Shown here piece by piece: positions 32,729 through 42,567 of a DNA stretch of 64,000 nucleotides. The notes under the pieces are model-generated. The model worked only from the letters and a program-made list of their open reading frames with translations. It made no database searches and was not told the DNA's origin. Numbering within the stretch: position 1 is the stretch's first letter; each line of letters starts with the position of its first letter. The stretch comes from Spirochaetaceae bacterium. Its GTDB lineage: Bacteria > Spirochaetota > Spirochaetia > DSM-2461. The translations under genes and the position numbers were made by a program. The DNA lies in NCBI GenBank assembly GCA_965224705.1, contig OZ245056.1:2272001-2336000 (forward strand), read 5' to 3'.

Positions 32729-33097
32729 ATGATTCAGATGCAAACTTGTATGAATGTTGCTGACAATTCTGGAGCAAAACGTGTGCAGACAATCAAAGTC
32801 CTTGGCGGCAGTCATCGTCGGTATGCTGGAATCGGTGATATTGTTGTCGTGACTGTTAAGAATGCCCTGCCGAATACACCGATCAAAAAAGGCGAAATCA
32901 AACGGGCCGTCGTTGTGCGAACACATAAGGAATATCGCCGGAAAGATGGAACTTATATACGATTTGATGACAATGCCTGTGTTATTGTGGACGCAGCAGG
33001 AACTCCTGTCGGCAAGCGTATATTCGGCCCTGTCGCTCGGGAACTCAGGGATTACAATCATATGAAAATTGTGTCGCTTGCTCCTGAAGTTTTGTAG
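32729..33097 (+). CDS. rplN: 50S ribosomal protein L14
   Basis: [15 protein letters not shown] and SLAPEVL motifs. Confidence 0.98.
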   Translation: MIQMQTCMNVADNSGAKRVQTIKVLGGSHRRYAGIGDIVVVTVKNALPNTPIKKGEIKRAVVVRTHKEYRRKDGTYIRFDDNACVIVDAAGTPVGKRIFGPVARELRDYNHMKIVSLAPEVL

Positions 33098-33112
33098 GAG
33101 AAATTCAACTGT

Positions 33113-33427
33113 ATGGATACAAAGACAAAGCTGAGAAAGGGCGATCAAGTTCAAATAATGAGTGGTAAGAATAGAGGAAAGAGGGGCCGTATACTGCAGA
33201 TTGATCGCAGAACTAATCGAGTAATTGTTGATGGCCAGAATATGGTTAAGAAGAATCAGAAACCGAAAAGCCAGAGCGACAAGGGCGGTATTATTGAAAT
33301 AGAAGCCCCAATCTCAGCGTCGAATGTCCAGATTTTATGCAAGAAATGTGGTGCTACACGGATCGGCTGGGAACCTGGCGATAAACTGAAAACCCGTGTT
33401 TGCAGGAAATGTGGAGAAGCTGTATAA
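33113..33427 (+). CDS. rplX: 50S ribosomal protein L24
   Basis: KGDQV..GK.RGKRG and [10 protein letters not shown] motifs. Confidence 0.97.
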   Translation: MDTKTKLRKGDQVQIMSGKNRGKRGRILQIDRRTNRVIVDGQNMVKKNQKPKSQSDKGGIIEIEAPISASNVQILCKKCGATRIGWEPGDKLKTRVCRKCGEAV

Positions 33428-34281
33428 TGGCAGAAGAGAAAAAGCAGGCTGTCACGGAAGAGACTGAAGCAAAGCCGCCGACCGCAGCAAAGAAGCCGAC
33501 TGAGGCAAAGAAACAGACCGCAGAAAAAAAGTCGGCCGCAGCGAAGAAACAGACCGCAGAAAAAAAGAAAACTGAGGCAAAAAAGCCGACTGAAGCAAAG
33601 AAGCCGACCGCAGCAAAGAAACAGACCGCAGCAAAAAAGAAGGCTGAGGCAAAAAAGCCGACTGAAGTTAAGAAACAAACCAGGGCAAAAAAGCCAACCG
33701 CAGCAAAGAAGCAGGAAGCAAAAGCCGCAAGGAAATATGAACCAAGGTTAAAAGCTCGTTATCGAGATTTTATCGCAGAGAAAATACTCAAGGAATTTGA
33801 CCTGAAAAGTCCTATGCAGATTCCTGCAATTGAAAAGATAGTCGTTTCTGCTGGAGTTGGGGAGGCCATAACCAATAAAAAATTTCTGGATTCAGCTATC
33901 GCAGAAATAGAACAGATAACAGGTCAGAAGGCGCTCCGTACTCGAGCCCGTAAATCTATTGCAAATTTCAAACTTCGTGATGGAATGGAAATAGGCGGAA
34001 AAGTTACCCTCAGAGGAAACCGGATGTATGAATTTCTCGACCGTTTTTTGAACATTGCTTTGCCAAGAGTGAAGGATTTTCGTGGAGTAAGTCCAAAATC
34101 ATTTGATGGCCGGGGAAATTACAGTGTGGGAATAGATGAACAGATCATATTCCCTGAAATAGATTTTGATAAAATTGAACAGGTAAGGGGTCTTAATGTG
34201 GCCATAGTAACAACAGCACCAAACAATGAACAGGCTCTGGCACTATTGAGAGAATTCGGTATGCCTTTCAGAAAGGAGTAG
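33427..34281 (+). CDS. rplE: 50S ribosomal protein L5 with a ~100-aa Lys/Ala-rich repeat N-terminal extension
   Basis: L5 core from YEPRLK ([29 protein letters not shown]); ATG overlaps the rplX stop (TAATG) after GGAG. Confidence 0.95.
   Translation: MAEEKKQAVTEETEAKPPTAAKKPTEAKKQTAEKKSAAAKKQTAEKKKTEAKKPTEAKKPTAAKKQTAAKKKAEAKKPTEVKKQTRAKKPTAAKKQEAKAARKYEPRLKARYRDFIAEKILKEFDLKSPMQIPAIEKIVVSAGVGEAITNKKFLDSAIAEIEQITGQKALRTRARKSIANFKLRDGMEIGGKVTLRGNRMYEFLDRFLNIALPRVKDFRGVSPKSFDGRGNYSVGIDEQIIFPEIDFDKIEQVRGLNVAIVTTAPNNEQALALLREFGMPFRKE
33469..33720 (+). repeat. Coding tandem repeat, ~14 x 18 bp, consensus peptide AKK(P/Q)T(A/E)
   Basis: Degenerate GCAAAGAAGCCGACCGCA / GCAAAGAAACAGACCGCA units in frame within rplE. 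Confidence 0.9.
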
Positions 34282-34284
34282 AGA

Positions 34285-34470
34285 ATGGCAAAGAAATCCA
34301 TGATAATAAAGGCATCGCGAAAACCGAAATATATGACGAGAACTGTAAGACGATGCCGAGTCTGTGGCTGTCCGCGTGGTTTCCTTAGAAAGTTTGCAAT
34401 GTGCCGGATCTGCTTCAGAAAACTTGCCAGCGAAGGCATGATCCCTGGTGTTACCAAGTCCAGCTGGTAA
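34285..34470 (+). CDS. rpsN: 30S ribosomal protein S14, zinc-binding type Z
   Basis: 61 aa; CRVC...CRIC. Confidence 0.96.
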   Translation: MAKKSMIIKASRKPKYMTRTVRRCRVCGCPRGFLRKFAMCRICFRKLASEGMIPGVTKSSW

Positions 34471-34483
34471 ATGGAGAAAATAA

Positions 34484-34882
34484 ATGAGTGTTTCTGATCC
34501 AATAGCCGATATGCTTACCAAAATCCGTAATGGTGTGGCAGCCCGGCATGAAAATGTTGATATACGAACTTCCAACTCCAAGTTTGAAATAATCAAGATA
34601 TTGAAGAATGAAGGATACATTAAAAACTTTAAAAAGATTGAACTTGATGGGAAGAGCTATATTCGAATTTCTCTTAAATATGATGATAATGAAAACCCGA
34701 TCATCCATGGCTTGAAGTCAATCTCTACTCCCGGACGAAGGATGTATTCGAGCTATAAAAACATGCCGAGGGTTTATAATGGTTATGGCTCAGTCATTGT
34801 TTCCACATCAACAGGATTCATAACCGGTAAGAAAGCTGTTGCCAGAAAAATCGGTGGTGAAATCATCTGTACGGTTTGGTGA
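34484..34882 (+). CDS. rpsH: 30S ribosomal protein S8
   Basis: [12 protein letters not shown] and GGEIICTVW motifs. Confidence 0.98.
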   Translation: MSVSDPIADMLTKIRNGVAARHENVDIRTSNSKFEIIKILKNEGYIKNFKKIELDGKSYIRISLKYDDNENPIIHGLKSISTPGRRMYSSYKNMPRVYNGYGSVIVSTSTGFITGKKAVARKIGGEIICTVW

Positions 34883-34894
34883 GGAGTTGTATTT

Positions 34895-35434
34895 ATGTCA
34901 CGAATAGGATTTCAGCCGGTGCAGGTTCCCAACGGGGTAACCGTTACATTTAACGACGGTACAATTCAGGTTAAGGGAGCAAAGGGAGAGCTTTTTCAAC
35001 GGTATTTACCTGTCGTCGATTTCAAAATGGAAGATGGTACAATCCATGTGAGCCGTAAGAATGAATCAAACCAGGTTAAGGCCCTGCATGGATTATACCG
35101 TTCTCTGCTGAGCAATATGCTGACAGGAGTGAGCCAGGGGTATTCAAAGATTCTTATGGTTAATGGTGTTGGCTACCGTGCGGAATTGCTTGGGAAGAAA
35201 TTGTTGCTTTCACTTGGTTTCTCAAACCCGGTCGAGTATATGATCCCGGAAGGTATACAGATTGAAGTTGAAAAAAATACCAGAATTACTGTAAGCGGTA
35301 TAAGTAAGGAAACTGTTGGTCAGGTGGCTGCGGAGATTCGGAAAATTCGTCCTCCTGAGCCATATAAGGGAAAGGGTATCCGCTATGAAGATGAAGTTGT
35401 TCGCCGTAAAGTCGGTAAGGCTGGAGCGAAGTAG
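34895..35434 (+). CDS. rplF: 50S ribosomal protein L6
   Basis: MSRIG, GVGYRA and PEPYKGKG motifs. Confidence 0.98.
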   Translation: MSRIGFQPVQVPNGVTVTFNDGTIQVKGAKGELFQRYLPVVDFKMEDGTIHVSRKNESNQVKALHGLYRSLLSNMLTGVSQGYSKILMVNGVGYRAELLGKKLLLSLGFSNPVEYMIPEGIQIEVEKNTRITVSGISKETVGQVAAEIRKIRPPEPYKGKGIRYEDEVVRRKVGKAGAK

Positions 35435-35439
35435 GTTAC

Positions 35440-35799
35440 ATGGATAGATTAAGCGATAAACGACGGAAATTCATTCAACGGAAGAAACGTGTCCGCAAAA
35501 AGATTACCGGAACAGGCACCCGGCCCCGGTTGAGCATTTACAAAAGTCATAGGAATATAAGTGTTCAGATAATTGATGACACAACAGGCCGGACATTGGC
35601 GTCAGTTTCCACTCTGGAGAAAGAGTTTGGAGATGTGAAACACAACGTTGCAGGCGGGAAGTTTGTAGGACAGAAGATTGGAGAACGTTTACTGGCGGCT
35701 GATATTGGGGCTGTCGTATTTGATAGAAGCGGTTATATGTACCATGGTATTGTAAAAGCCGTCGCCGATGGGGCCCGTGAAGCGGGGTTGAAATTCTAG
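35440..35799 (+). CDS. rplR: 50S ribosomal protein L18
   Basis: RPRLSIYKS and FDRSGYMYHG motifs. Confidence 0.97.
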   Translation: MDRLSDKRRKFIQRKKRVRKKITGTGTRPRLSIYKSHRNISVQIIDDTTGRTLASVSTLEKEFGDVKHNVAGGKFVGQKIGERLLAADIGAVVFDRSGYMYHGIVKAVADGAREAGLKF

Positions 35800-35807
35800 G
35801 AGTTCCC

Positions 35808-36311
35808 TTGAGAATGAATGACAGAAACGAAGAAAAAGAGTTTACGGAGAAATTGATCAGATTGAATCGTGTATCCAAGGCCGTTAAAGGGGGCAGGAAG
35901 ATGTCATTCAGTGCTCTGATGGTTGTTGGGGACGGAAATGGCCGGGTAGGATATGGATTCGGAAAAGCGAATGATGTCTCGGAAGCCATCCGTAAAAGTG
36001 TGGACAAAGCAAAGAAGAATCTGATTGTTGTGCCGATAAAAAAAACAACTCTCCCCCATGAAATTCTAGGTCAATATAAAAGTGCTTCAGTACTTTTGAA
36101 GCCGGCTGCTCCCGGTACGGGTATAATTGCCGGCGGGCCGGTGAGGGCCATCATGGAATCTGTTGGAATTCATGATGTTCTGGCCAAAAGCCTTGGTTCG
36201 AAGAATACAATGAATATTGTCAAAGGTGTGTTTGATGGTTTCCAGAATCTAATGGACGTTCGTGCTGTTGCCCAGGGACGCGGTCGGGAAATCAAGGAGA
36301 TATGGAGTTGA
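35808..36311 (+). CDS. rpsE: 30S ribosomal protein S5
   Basis: [10 protein letters not shown] and PGTGIIAGG motifs; TTG start after AGGAG (ATG 35814 is an alternative). Confidence 0.97.
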   Translation: MRMNDRNEEKEFTEKLIRLNRVSKAVKGGRKMSFSALMVVGDGNGRVGYGFGKANDVSEAIRKSVDKAKKNLIVVPIKKTTLPHEILGQYKSASVLLKPAAPGTGIIAGGPVRAIMESVGIHDVLAKSLGSKNTMNIVKGVFDGFQNLMDVRAVAQGRGREIKEIWS

Positions 36312-36313
36312 TT

Positions 36314-36508
36314 ATGGCCGGATCTAAAGGAAAAAGAATTCGCATAACACTGGTTCGCAGTCCCATTGGCAGAAAACCAGTGCAGCGTGCTACAGTGAAA
36401 GCACTGGGATTGAAAAAGATTCATTCTTCAGTTGAAAAACATGCTGTCCCATCTGTTCTTGGAATGGTTAATGCTGTTTCTCATCTTGTGAAGTCCGAGG
36501 AGCTTTAA
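36314..36508 (+). CDS. rpmD: 50S ribosomal protein L30
   Basis: ITLVRSPIG and ALGLKKI motifs; ATG 36314 after GGAG. Confidence 0.95.
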   Translation: MAGSKGKRIRITLVRSPIGRKPVQRATVKALGLKKIHSSVEKHAVPSVLGMVNAVSHLVKSEEL

Positions 36509-36511
36509 CCG

Positions 36512-36979
36512 ATGCGTATTAAACCCCTGCGGGTTCCAGCCGGTGCCAGCAAAAAGAAAAAAATTGTTGGCCGGGGCCGTTCTTCGGGTTCCGGTAAAAC
36601 AGCAGGAAGAGGCCATAAAGGACAGAAATCCCGCTCCGGGGGGGGTGTCCGGCTTGGATTTGAAGGTGGTCAAATGCCTCTGTACAGGCGTGTGGCCGCC
36701 CGAGGCTTTTCAAATCATCCCTTCAAGAAAGAGTTTGTTGTCATCAATCTGACAGGTCTGGAGAAATCATTTGTTGATGGTGACACGGTGTCTCTGGCAA
36801 CTTTGATTCAGAAAGGACTGATCAAGAAAAGTGAAACGCTGGTGAAGATTCTGGGAATGGGTGTGCTTACCCGAAAACTCACGGTTGAGATTCCAGCCGT
36901 ATCTGCTTCGGCCAGGGAGAAAATTGAAAAAGCAGGCGGCAGTGTCGCTGATGTATCAGAAGGTAGTGATGGCCGGTAA
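36512..36979 (+). CDS. rplO: 50S ribosomal protein L15
   Basis: GRGHKGQKSR and FEGGQMPL motifs. Confidence 0.98.
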   Translation: MRIKPLRVPAGASKKKKIVGRGRSSGSGKTAGRGHKGQKSRSGGGVRLGFEGGQMPLYRRVAARGFSNHPFKKEFVVINLTGLEKSFVDGDTVSLATLIQKGLIKKSETLVKILGMGVLTRKLTVEIPAVSASAREKIEKAGGSVADVSEGSDGR

Positions 36980-38297
36980 TCCTGTTGCTGACATCTTTAG
37001 GATTCGAGATCTGAGGAACCGCATCCTTTTCACATTGGGTATATTGGTTGTACACCGTATAGGTTCCATTGTACCAATACCAGGCATTGATATGGGTGCT
37101 CTCAGCCGATTCTTTGGAGGAGGTGGTGGAGATAATCAGGGACTTGTGGACTTCCTCGATTTCTTCTCAGGCGGAGCCTTCAGGAATTTCTCGATTTTCA
37201 TGCTGGGTGTTATGCCATACATCACCACCAGCATCATAATGCAGGTACTTTTACTGGTTTTCCCTCGTCTTAAACGCATCAGCGAAGAAGATGGAGGGCG
37301 TAAGAAAATTCAGCGATATACTCGATATGCCACTGTGGTAGTTTGCCTGTTTCAAGGTGTTGCTCTGTTGCAGATGCCCCTGAATTATGGTGTAGTTGTG
37401 GCTGATCTGGCACGCTGGCAGTTTTTGATTATTGCCATGCTCACAACAACAGCCGGTACGGTTTTCCTGATGTGGCTGGGTGAGCAGATCAATATGAAGG
37501 GTGTAGGAAATGGCATCTCTTTGCTTATTTTTACAGGTATAGTTGCACGTATGCCCAATGCTGTTTCGGTGATGGTCAGAGAAATACGGGCACAGAATTT
37601 AAATCCGGTATTTGTAATCCTCACCTTTGTACTCTATGTGGCTGTTGTTGTTCTGGTTGTATATGAACAGCAGGGTTTGAGAAAAATACCGGTTAACTAT
37701 GCAAGCCGGATAGTTGGACGCAAGCAGTATATGGGCCAGAGTTCCTACATCCCGTTTAAGATTAATCCATCGGGTGTCATTCCGGTTATCTTTGCTTCAT
37801 CCATTCTTACTATTCCTGTACAGTTCGCCCAGGGACTGGCTTCCGGCAACAGTGTATTCTGGGGAAGAGTAGCGGTGGTCATGGATCCTTATGGTTGGAT
37901 TTACCTTCTTCTTTATACCTTGTTAATTGTTTTCTTTGCCTATTTTTATACTCAGGTATCATTGAATCCAATTGAGATCTCCAGGCAGATTCGCGAGAAT
38001 GGCGGTTCAATCCCCGGCATAAGAAGTGAGAATATGCAGGCTTATCTGACACGTATACTGAACCGTATTGTCTTGCCGGGATCTTTATTTCTGGCTATGA
38101 TCGCTTTGATCCCGTCATTATTGGTTATTGCAATTCCTGGCTTTCCCCGTCAGATGGCCTATATAATGGGTGGTACATCATTGCTGATTATGGTGGGGGT
38201 TGATCTTGATACCATGAGTCAAATTGAAGGACATCTCAAGATGCATCATCATGAGGGATTGACGAAGGGCGGTAAGCTCCGCTCAAGAAATTTATAG
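36969..38297 (+). CDS. secY: Preprotein translocase subunit SecY
   Basis: [24 protein letters not shown] and GGTSLLI motifs; ATG 36969. Confidence 0.98.
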   Translation: MAGNPVADIFRIRDLRNRILFTLGILVVHRIGSIVPIPGIDMGALSRFFGGGGGDNQGLVDFLDFFSGGAFRNFSIFMLGVMPYITTSIIMQVLLLVFPRLKRISEEDGGRKKIQRYTRYATVVVCLFQGVALLQMPLNYGVVVADLARWQFLIIAMLTTTAGTVFLMWLGEQINMKGVGNGISLLIFTGIVARMPNAVSVMVREIRAQNLNPVFVILTFVLYVAVVVLVVYEQQGLRKIPVNYASRIVGRKQYMGQSSYIPFKINPSGVIPVIFASSILTIPVQFAQGLASGNSVFWGRVAVVMDPYGWIYLLLYTLLIVFFAYFYTQVSLNPIEISRQIRENGGSIPGIRSENMQAYLTRILNRIVLPGSLFLAMIALIPSLLVIAIPGFPRQMAYIMGGTSLLIMVGVDLDTMSQIEGHLKMHHHEGLTKGGKLRSRNL

Positions 38298-38310
38298 GGG
38301 TCTGATAAAC

Positions 38311-38424
38311 ATGAAAGTAAGAGCTAGTGTCAAGCCGATTTGTGACAGGTGCAAAGTGATCTGCCGCCGGGGAGTGGTTAGAATCATTTGCAGTAATCCC
38401 AAGCACAAGCAGCGGCAAAAATAG
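38311..38424 (+). CDS. rpmJ: 50S ribosomal protein L36
   Basis: Not in the track. [37 protein letters not shown]. Confidence 0.97.
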   Translation: MKVRASVKPICDRCKVICRRGVVRIICSNPKHKQRQK

Positions 38425-38432
38425 GAGGATAG

Positions 38433-38798
38433 ATGACTCGTATTGCGGGTATCGATCTGCCCAATAAGAATGCTGATATTGCGTTGACGTATATTTTTGG
38501 TATCGGCCGGACATCGGCACGGCAGATTTGTGAAAAGACTGGGATCAATCCCCAGATGCGTATCAATGAACTCTCCTCAGAAGAGGTTAACAGCCTTCGG
38601 AAAGTGATTGAAAATGATTACAAGGTGGAAGGACGCCTCAGATCGGAATCAGCCTTGAATATCAAGCGTTTAATGGACATAGGCTGTTATCGCGGTCTTC
38701 GTCATAGAAAAGGTCTACCGGTTCGTGGTCAACGAACTAAAACCAATGCACGTACTCGTAAGGGCAGGGCAAGAGCTGTCGCCAGGAAAAAGAAGTAA
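38433..38798 (+). CDS. rpsM: 30S ribosomal protein S13
   Basis: RIAGIDLP and [18 protein letters not shown] motifs. Confidence 0.98.
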   Translation: MTRIAGIDLPNKNADIALTYIFGIGRTSARQICEKTGINPQMRINELSSEEVNSLRKVIENDYKVEGRLRSESALNIKRLMDIGCYRGLRHRKGLPVRGQRTKTNARTRKGRARAVARKKK

Positions 38799-38813
38799 GA
38801 CGGAGTTTGAGGT

Positions 38814-39188
38814 ATGACAAAGAAAAAAAGAGAGAAGAAAACGGTCGTTGAGGGCAATGCATACATACAGGCTACATTCAATAACACCATAGTGACAATT
38901 ACTGATTTGAAGGGCAGTACACTCGCCTGGTGCAGTTCAGGCTCACTTGGGTTTCGTGGAGGTAAGAAATCCACTCCCTATGCCGCTCAAATGACGGCTG
39001 AAACGGCTGTCGGCCGTGTCAGGGACTATGGCCTGCAGACTGTCAATATCTTTGTCAAAGGTCCGGGTATGGGCCGCGATTCTGCGATCCGTTCTTTCGG
39101 CAATCTGGGAGTAAGAGTGAGATCCATTAAGGATATAACTCCAATACCTCACAATGGCTGTCGGCCCAGGAAAAGCCGAAGGGTTTAA
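38814..39188 (+). CDS. rpsK: 30S ribosomal protein S11
   Basis: ATFNNTIV and [10 protein letters not shown] motifs. Confidence 0.98.
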   Translation: MTKKKREKKTVVEGNAYIQATFNNTIVTITDLKGSTLAWCSSGSLGFRGGKKSTPYAAQMTAETAVGRVRDYGLQTVNIFVKGPGMGRDSAIRSFGNLGVRVRSIKDITPIPHNGCRPRKSRRV

Positions 39189-39302
39189 CATATTATTCGT
39201 TGGACAGGAAGCCTGGTTTTCGAAGCATTCAATAAGCTCAAGTTGAGATGCCGTTTGATTACCGGGCGACACCGAAGACGAACATGATTAAAAGGAGCAC
39301 AA

Positions 39303-40379
39303 ATGGCAAAGAAGAATCTTCTCAAAGGTTTCAAGAGACCTAAGGGGATCACATTCGAACATGATGCAGCTGATGAAAACTATAAGAAATTCATAGCATA
39401 TCCCTTTGAGCGGGGTTACGGTACAACTATTGGTAATACTCTGCGGCGCATTCTTCTCTCATCAATACAGGGATATGCGGTATCGGCAGTTCGGATTACA
39501 TCGTTCAATTCTGAAGGAAGTCCTCATGTTGTTACGAGTGAGTTTGAACCTGTTCCGCATGTTATTGAAGATACACCTGTTATTCTCAGCAATCTGAAAT
39601 CACTCCATTTGAGCCTGGATAATGATCTTGAGGAGCAGACCATACTCCTTGAATGGAAGGGTAAGGGAGTCATCACAGGGGCCGATCTTGAAAAGGATGA
39701 TGTGATCGTTGCCAACAAGGATTTTCCTGTTTGTACTGTCATGGACGAAGGTTCCCTGGAAATTGAGGTACAGGTTAATCTTGGCAGGGGATATGTGCCT
39801 GCTGAACTGAACGAGAAATACATTGAATATGTGGGTACAATTCCTGTTGATTCCATTTTCAACCCCGTAACAAAGGTTAAATACTCTATTGAAAACACCC
39901 GTGTCGGGCAGCGTTCGGACTATGATAAACTCAATCTGGAGATATGGACCGATGGTACTGTTTCGCCTGAGGATGCCCTTGCGGAAGCCGCCAAAATTGC
40001 CAAAGATCATTTCACCATATTCATTAATTTTGATGAAGAAGATATCACTCAGGAAGCCGATGTTGATGAGGAAGAAGAGAAAATACGCATCCTTCTGGAA
40101 ACGTCGGTCGATGAACTGGAACTCTCGGTTCGCTCAAGCAATTGTTTGAAGAATGCCAGTATCAAAACAATAGGTGAATTAACCCGCCGGAGTGAAGAGG
40201 ACATTGGAAAAACTAGAAACTTTGGAAAAAAATCGCTGCAGGAAATCAGGGAAAAACTCAAAGAATGGAACCTGAGTCTGGGTATGACTGACTACAGTGT
40301 ATTGCGAAATTCAATCAAGTTTGGCAAGAAATCTACGGATGGTGATAATGATGTCGATTCAGATGGATACACAAATTGA
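39303..40379 (+). CDS. rpoA: DNA-directed RNA polymerase subunit alpha
   Basis: PFERGYGTTIGNTLRRILLSS and LELSVRSSNCL motifs. Confidence 0.98.
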   Translation: MAKKNLLKGFKRPKGITFEHDAADENYKKFIAYPFERGYGTTIGNTLRRILLSSIQGYAVSAVRITSFNSEGSPHVVTSEFEPVPHVIEDTPVILSNLKSLHLSLDNDLEEQTILLEWKGKGVITGADLEKDDVIVANKDFPVCTVMDEGSLEIEVQVNLGRGYVPAELNEKYIEYVGTIPVDSIFNPVTKVKYSIENTRVGQRSDYDKLNLEIWTDGTVSPEDALAEAAKIAKDHFTIFINFDEEDITQEADVDEEEEKIRILLETSVDELELSVRSSNCLKNASIKTIGELTRRSEEDIGKTRNFGKKSLQEIREKLKEWNLSLGMTDYSVLRNSIKFGKKSTDGDNDVDSDGYTN

Positions 40380-40388
40380 GGAGCAGGT

Positions 40389-40991
40389 ATGCACAACAGA
40401 ATAGGTTTTAACCGACTTGATCGAAAATCCAGCCATCGCACAGCGCTTCATCGAAACATGGTCTCTTCTCTTATCAAGTACGAAAGAATAAAAACCACGA
40501 AGGCAAAAGCCAGGGCTGTGCGGCGGACAGCAGAGAAATTAGTAACACGTGCCAAAAAAGATTCAGTTCATAACCGCCGCATTGCGGCTAAATTTTTGTA
40601 TGAAAAAGAAGTGGTGAATAAGCTTTTTACTGAATTTGGCCCCCGGTTTTTAGATAGGCCGGGAGGGTATACCAGAATTCTGAAGTTAGGATATCGATCC
40701 GGCGATGCGGCACAAATGGTGATTCTTGAGTTTCTCCAGGCGGATGAGGAATTGATTCCTGGAGAGAATTCGAAAAAATCAAAAACTGTTGATAAGAAAT
40801 CATCAAAGAGGAGGAGTGATACTGCCGGAAACCGTGCGGAAACCGATGCCAGGGCAGAGGAAACCTCCAGGGATCAAAGCCAGGAGGTATCGGAGGCACC
40901 GGAAGCACCAGAAAATGATTCTCTCGAAGATGTGCCTGCTGCAGATGAAGCAGAGAAGCATTCCTCAGTCGAGGATCCTGAGGGCACGTAG
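40389..40991 (+). CDS. rplQ: 50S ribosomal protein L17 with a long C-terminal extension
   Basis: [10 protein letters not shown] core, then ~85 low-complexity residues. Confidence 0.97.
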   Translation: MHNRIGFNRLDRKSSHRTALHRNMVSSLIKYERIKTTKAKARAVRRTAEKLVTRAKKDSVHNRRIAAKFLYEKEVVNKLFTEFGPRFLDRPGGYTRILKLGYRSGDAAQMVILEFLQADEELIPGENSKKSKTVDKKSSKRRSDTAGNRAETDARAEETSRDQSQEVSEAPEAPENDSLEDVPAADEAEKHSSVEDPEGT

Positions 40992-40999
40992 GGATTACT

Positions 41000-41596
41000 T
41001 CAAGAATTAATCGTGATTATTGAATCATGCAGATCAAGCATGGCATTGATAGGACAGATTTTTTCATACTTTGGGATGTCATCAGGGCTGATGTAGGAAG
41101 TCTGGATTCGCCCTGTTTCCAATAAATGGTGCCGTCGAGTTCCCATTAGTAGAGGCTGAGTTGGTGTCCACCACAATCTGCCGTCAAAAAAAGCAGCATT
41201 CGCAAAGGTAAAATCTGTTACATATCCATTACTGATGATTAGAGCTGTATCGGCCCCTGCCTTTCGGGCTGTTTGATTGAGTTTTTCCAGTTCCATTCTA
41301 TCGGCCCATTTGTAGGTGTAGTCAATTCCTCTTCCATCAACCAGACTGGCAGTTTTCAAGGATGCTTGTTTATATGGCATGCATTCTACATGATGTATTA
41401 CCCTGTTATACAGAATTCTTATCTTCCATATACCGGACCCCGGTTCAGGTTTTATACGTTGAACTGCATGGTTGATGTTCAATTCTTCCTGAATTCCCCA
41501 CAAAGTGAATCGGCTGATGTTGATTCGATTCTGGTGCAATTCCAGATTATTGACCACACCATCATCCACGCGGATTGATTCAAGAAGAAGGGACAT
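41000..41596 (-). CDS. pabC: Aminotransferase class IV / 4-amino-4-deoxychorismate lyase-like
   Basis: ESIR...LELHQNR, YTYK and PLLMGTRR motifs; start ATG 41596 overlaps the pabB end. Confidence 0.75.
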   Translation of the reverse strand: MSLLLESIRVDDGVVNNLELHQNRINISRFTLWGIQEELNINHAVQRIKPEPGSGIWKIRILYNRVIHHVECMPYKQASLKTASLVDGRGIDYTYKWADRMELEKLNQTARKAGADTALIISNGYVTDFTFANAAFFDGRLWWTPTQPLLMGTRRHHLLETGRIQTSYISPDDIPKYEKICPINAMLDLHDSIITINS

Positions 41597-42557
41597 ATAT
41601 TTTATCCATGAGTTCAGAATACTCGCTGTCCACATCACTGTTAATCGTGATACCGCCGCCGCTGTGAAATACCATATTCCCCCGGGAGTCCTGTTCGATG
41701 AATCTAATTGAAACAGCACTATCCAATTCCCAGCCATTGAAATAACCAAAAACACCACTGTACCAGCCCCGTTCGTGATTCTCAGCTTCCCGGATGATTT
41801 CTCCAGTTCGTTTTTTGGGAGCACCGGTTACAGAACCAGCCGGAAGGAGCAAGGCCATGATCTCACCCACACGATTCTTCCAGTTGGATTCAAGTGTTCC
41901 AGTGATTTCAGAACTCACCTGAAGTATGTCCGTTCCTCCCGTAAACAATTGAGTGATGAATCGGAAGTCAGGTACCGTTACATTGCGGGCAACCATACCC
42001 AGGTCGTTGCGGAGGAGGTCTACAATAGTGTTGTGTTCGGCCGTTTCCTTGAAGTCGGCAAGGATCATTCTTTCTGCATCAGGAACGTCGGCCCTGATGG
42101 TGCCTTTCATCGGATAGGTTGAGATTTTTCCATCCGAACGTATATGTATGAAACGTTCCGGGGAAAACACAACCATTGCATCGGGAATTAAAAGCCGGAA
42201 TTTCGCATGAGCAGTGTTAAATACTTCCTGAAGGGAGGCATTTGTTTTTACCATGGATGGAAAAGTAAGATTGGCCAGCCAGGTTTCCCCCCGAAGTTGA
42301 TGACGGCGAATAACCTGGAATCCCTGTGAGTAGCATTTGTAACAGACGGGTAGTACCTGTAAACTGACTTTTTTCCTTGCTGACTGAACAGGGGGAGCAT
42401 TACCAGTTCCATCAAGAGACCATTGAATTCCATACTCATTCATTCTGCAAGATTCAATCACGACCCAGTGACGGGCCCAGGCATCGACCATAAAAAAGAA
42501 TTCTCTGCCCTGTGAAGCCAGTACATCCATTGTCTGCGGTCCCAGAATTCCATCCAT
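41580..42557 (-). CDS. pabB: Aminodeoxychorismate synthase component I (short type)
   Basis: SPERF, PMKGT, KETAEHNTIVDLLRNDL and PAGSVTGAPK motifs; start at 42557 inferred. Confidence 0.85.
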   Translation of the reverse strand: MDGILGPQTMDVLASQGREFFFMVDAWARHWVVIESCRMNEYGIQWSLDGTGNAPPVQSARKKVSLQVLPVCYKCYSQGFQVIRRHQLRGETWLANLTFPSMVKTNASLQEVFNTAHAKFRLLIPDAMVVFSPERFIHIRSDGKISTYPMKGTIRADVPDAERMILADFKETAEHNTIVDLLRNDLGMVARNVTVPDFRFITQLFTGGTDILQVSSEITGTLESNWKNRVGEIMALLLPAGSVTGAPKKRTGEIIREAENHERGWYSGVFGYFNGWELDSAVSIRFIEQDSRGNMVFHSGGGITINSDVDSEYSELMDKIYVPSS

Positions 42558-42567
42558 TACCGGCCAT

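Noticed and set aside
33256..33678. Antisense 140-aa Phe/Leu/Cys-rich ORF and overlapping 33452-33652 ORF
   Set aside because: Shadow frames of the Lys/Ala repeat in rplE; they stay open because the repeat lacks stop codons.
33728..33760. Internal restart of rplE at AGGAAATATG
   Set aside because: That ATG is out of frame (ATG AAC CAA GGT TAA) and too close to the purine run, so it cannot give a short L5.
41597..41824. 76-aa N-terminal extension of pabC; similar over-long track starts for mscS, prs, rplK, rplP, secY, the cyclase, apt and NUDIX
   Set aside because: They overlap upstream genes or lack an RBS; downstream starts match family N-termini.
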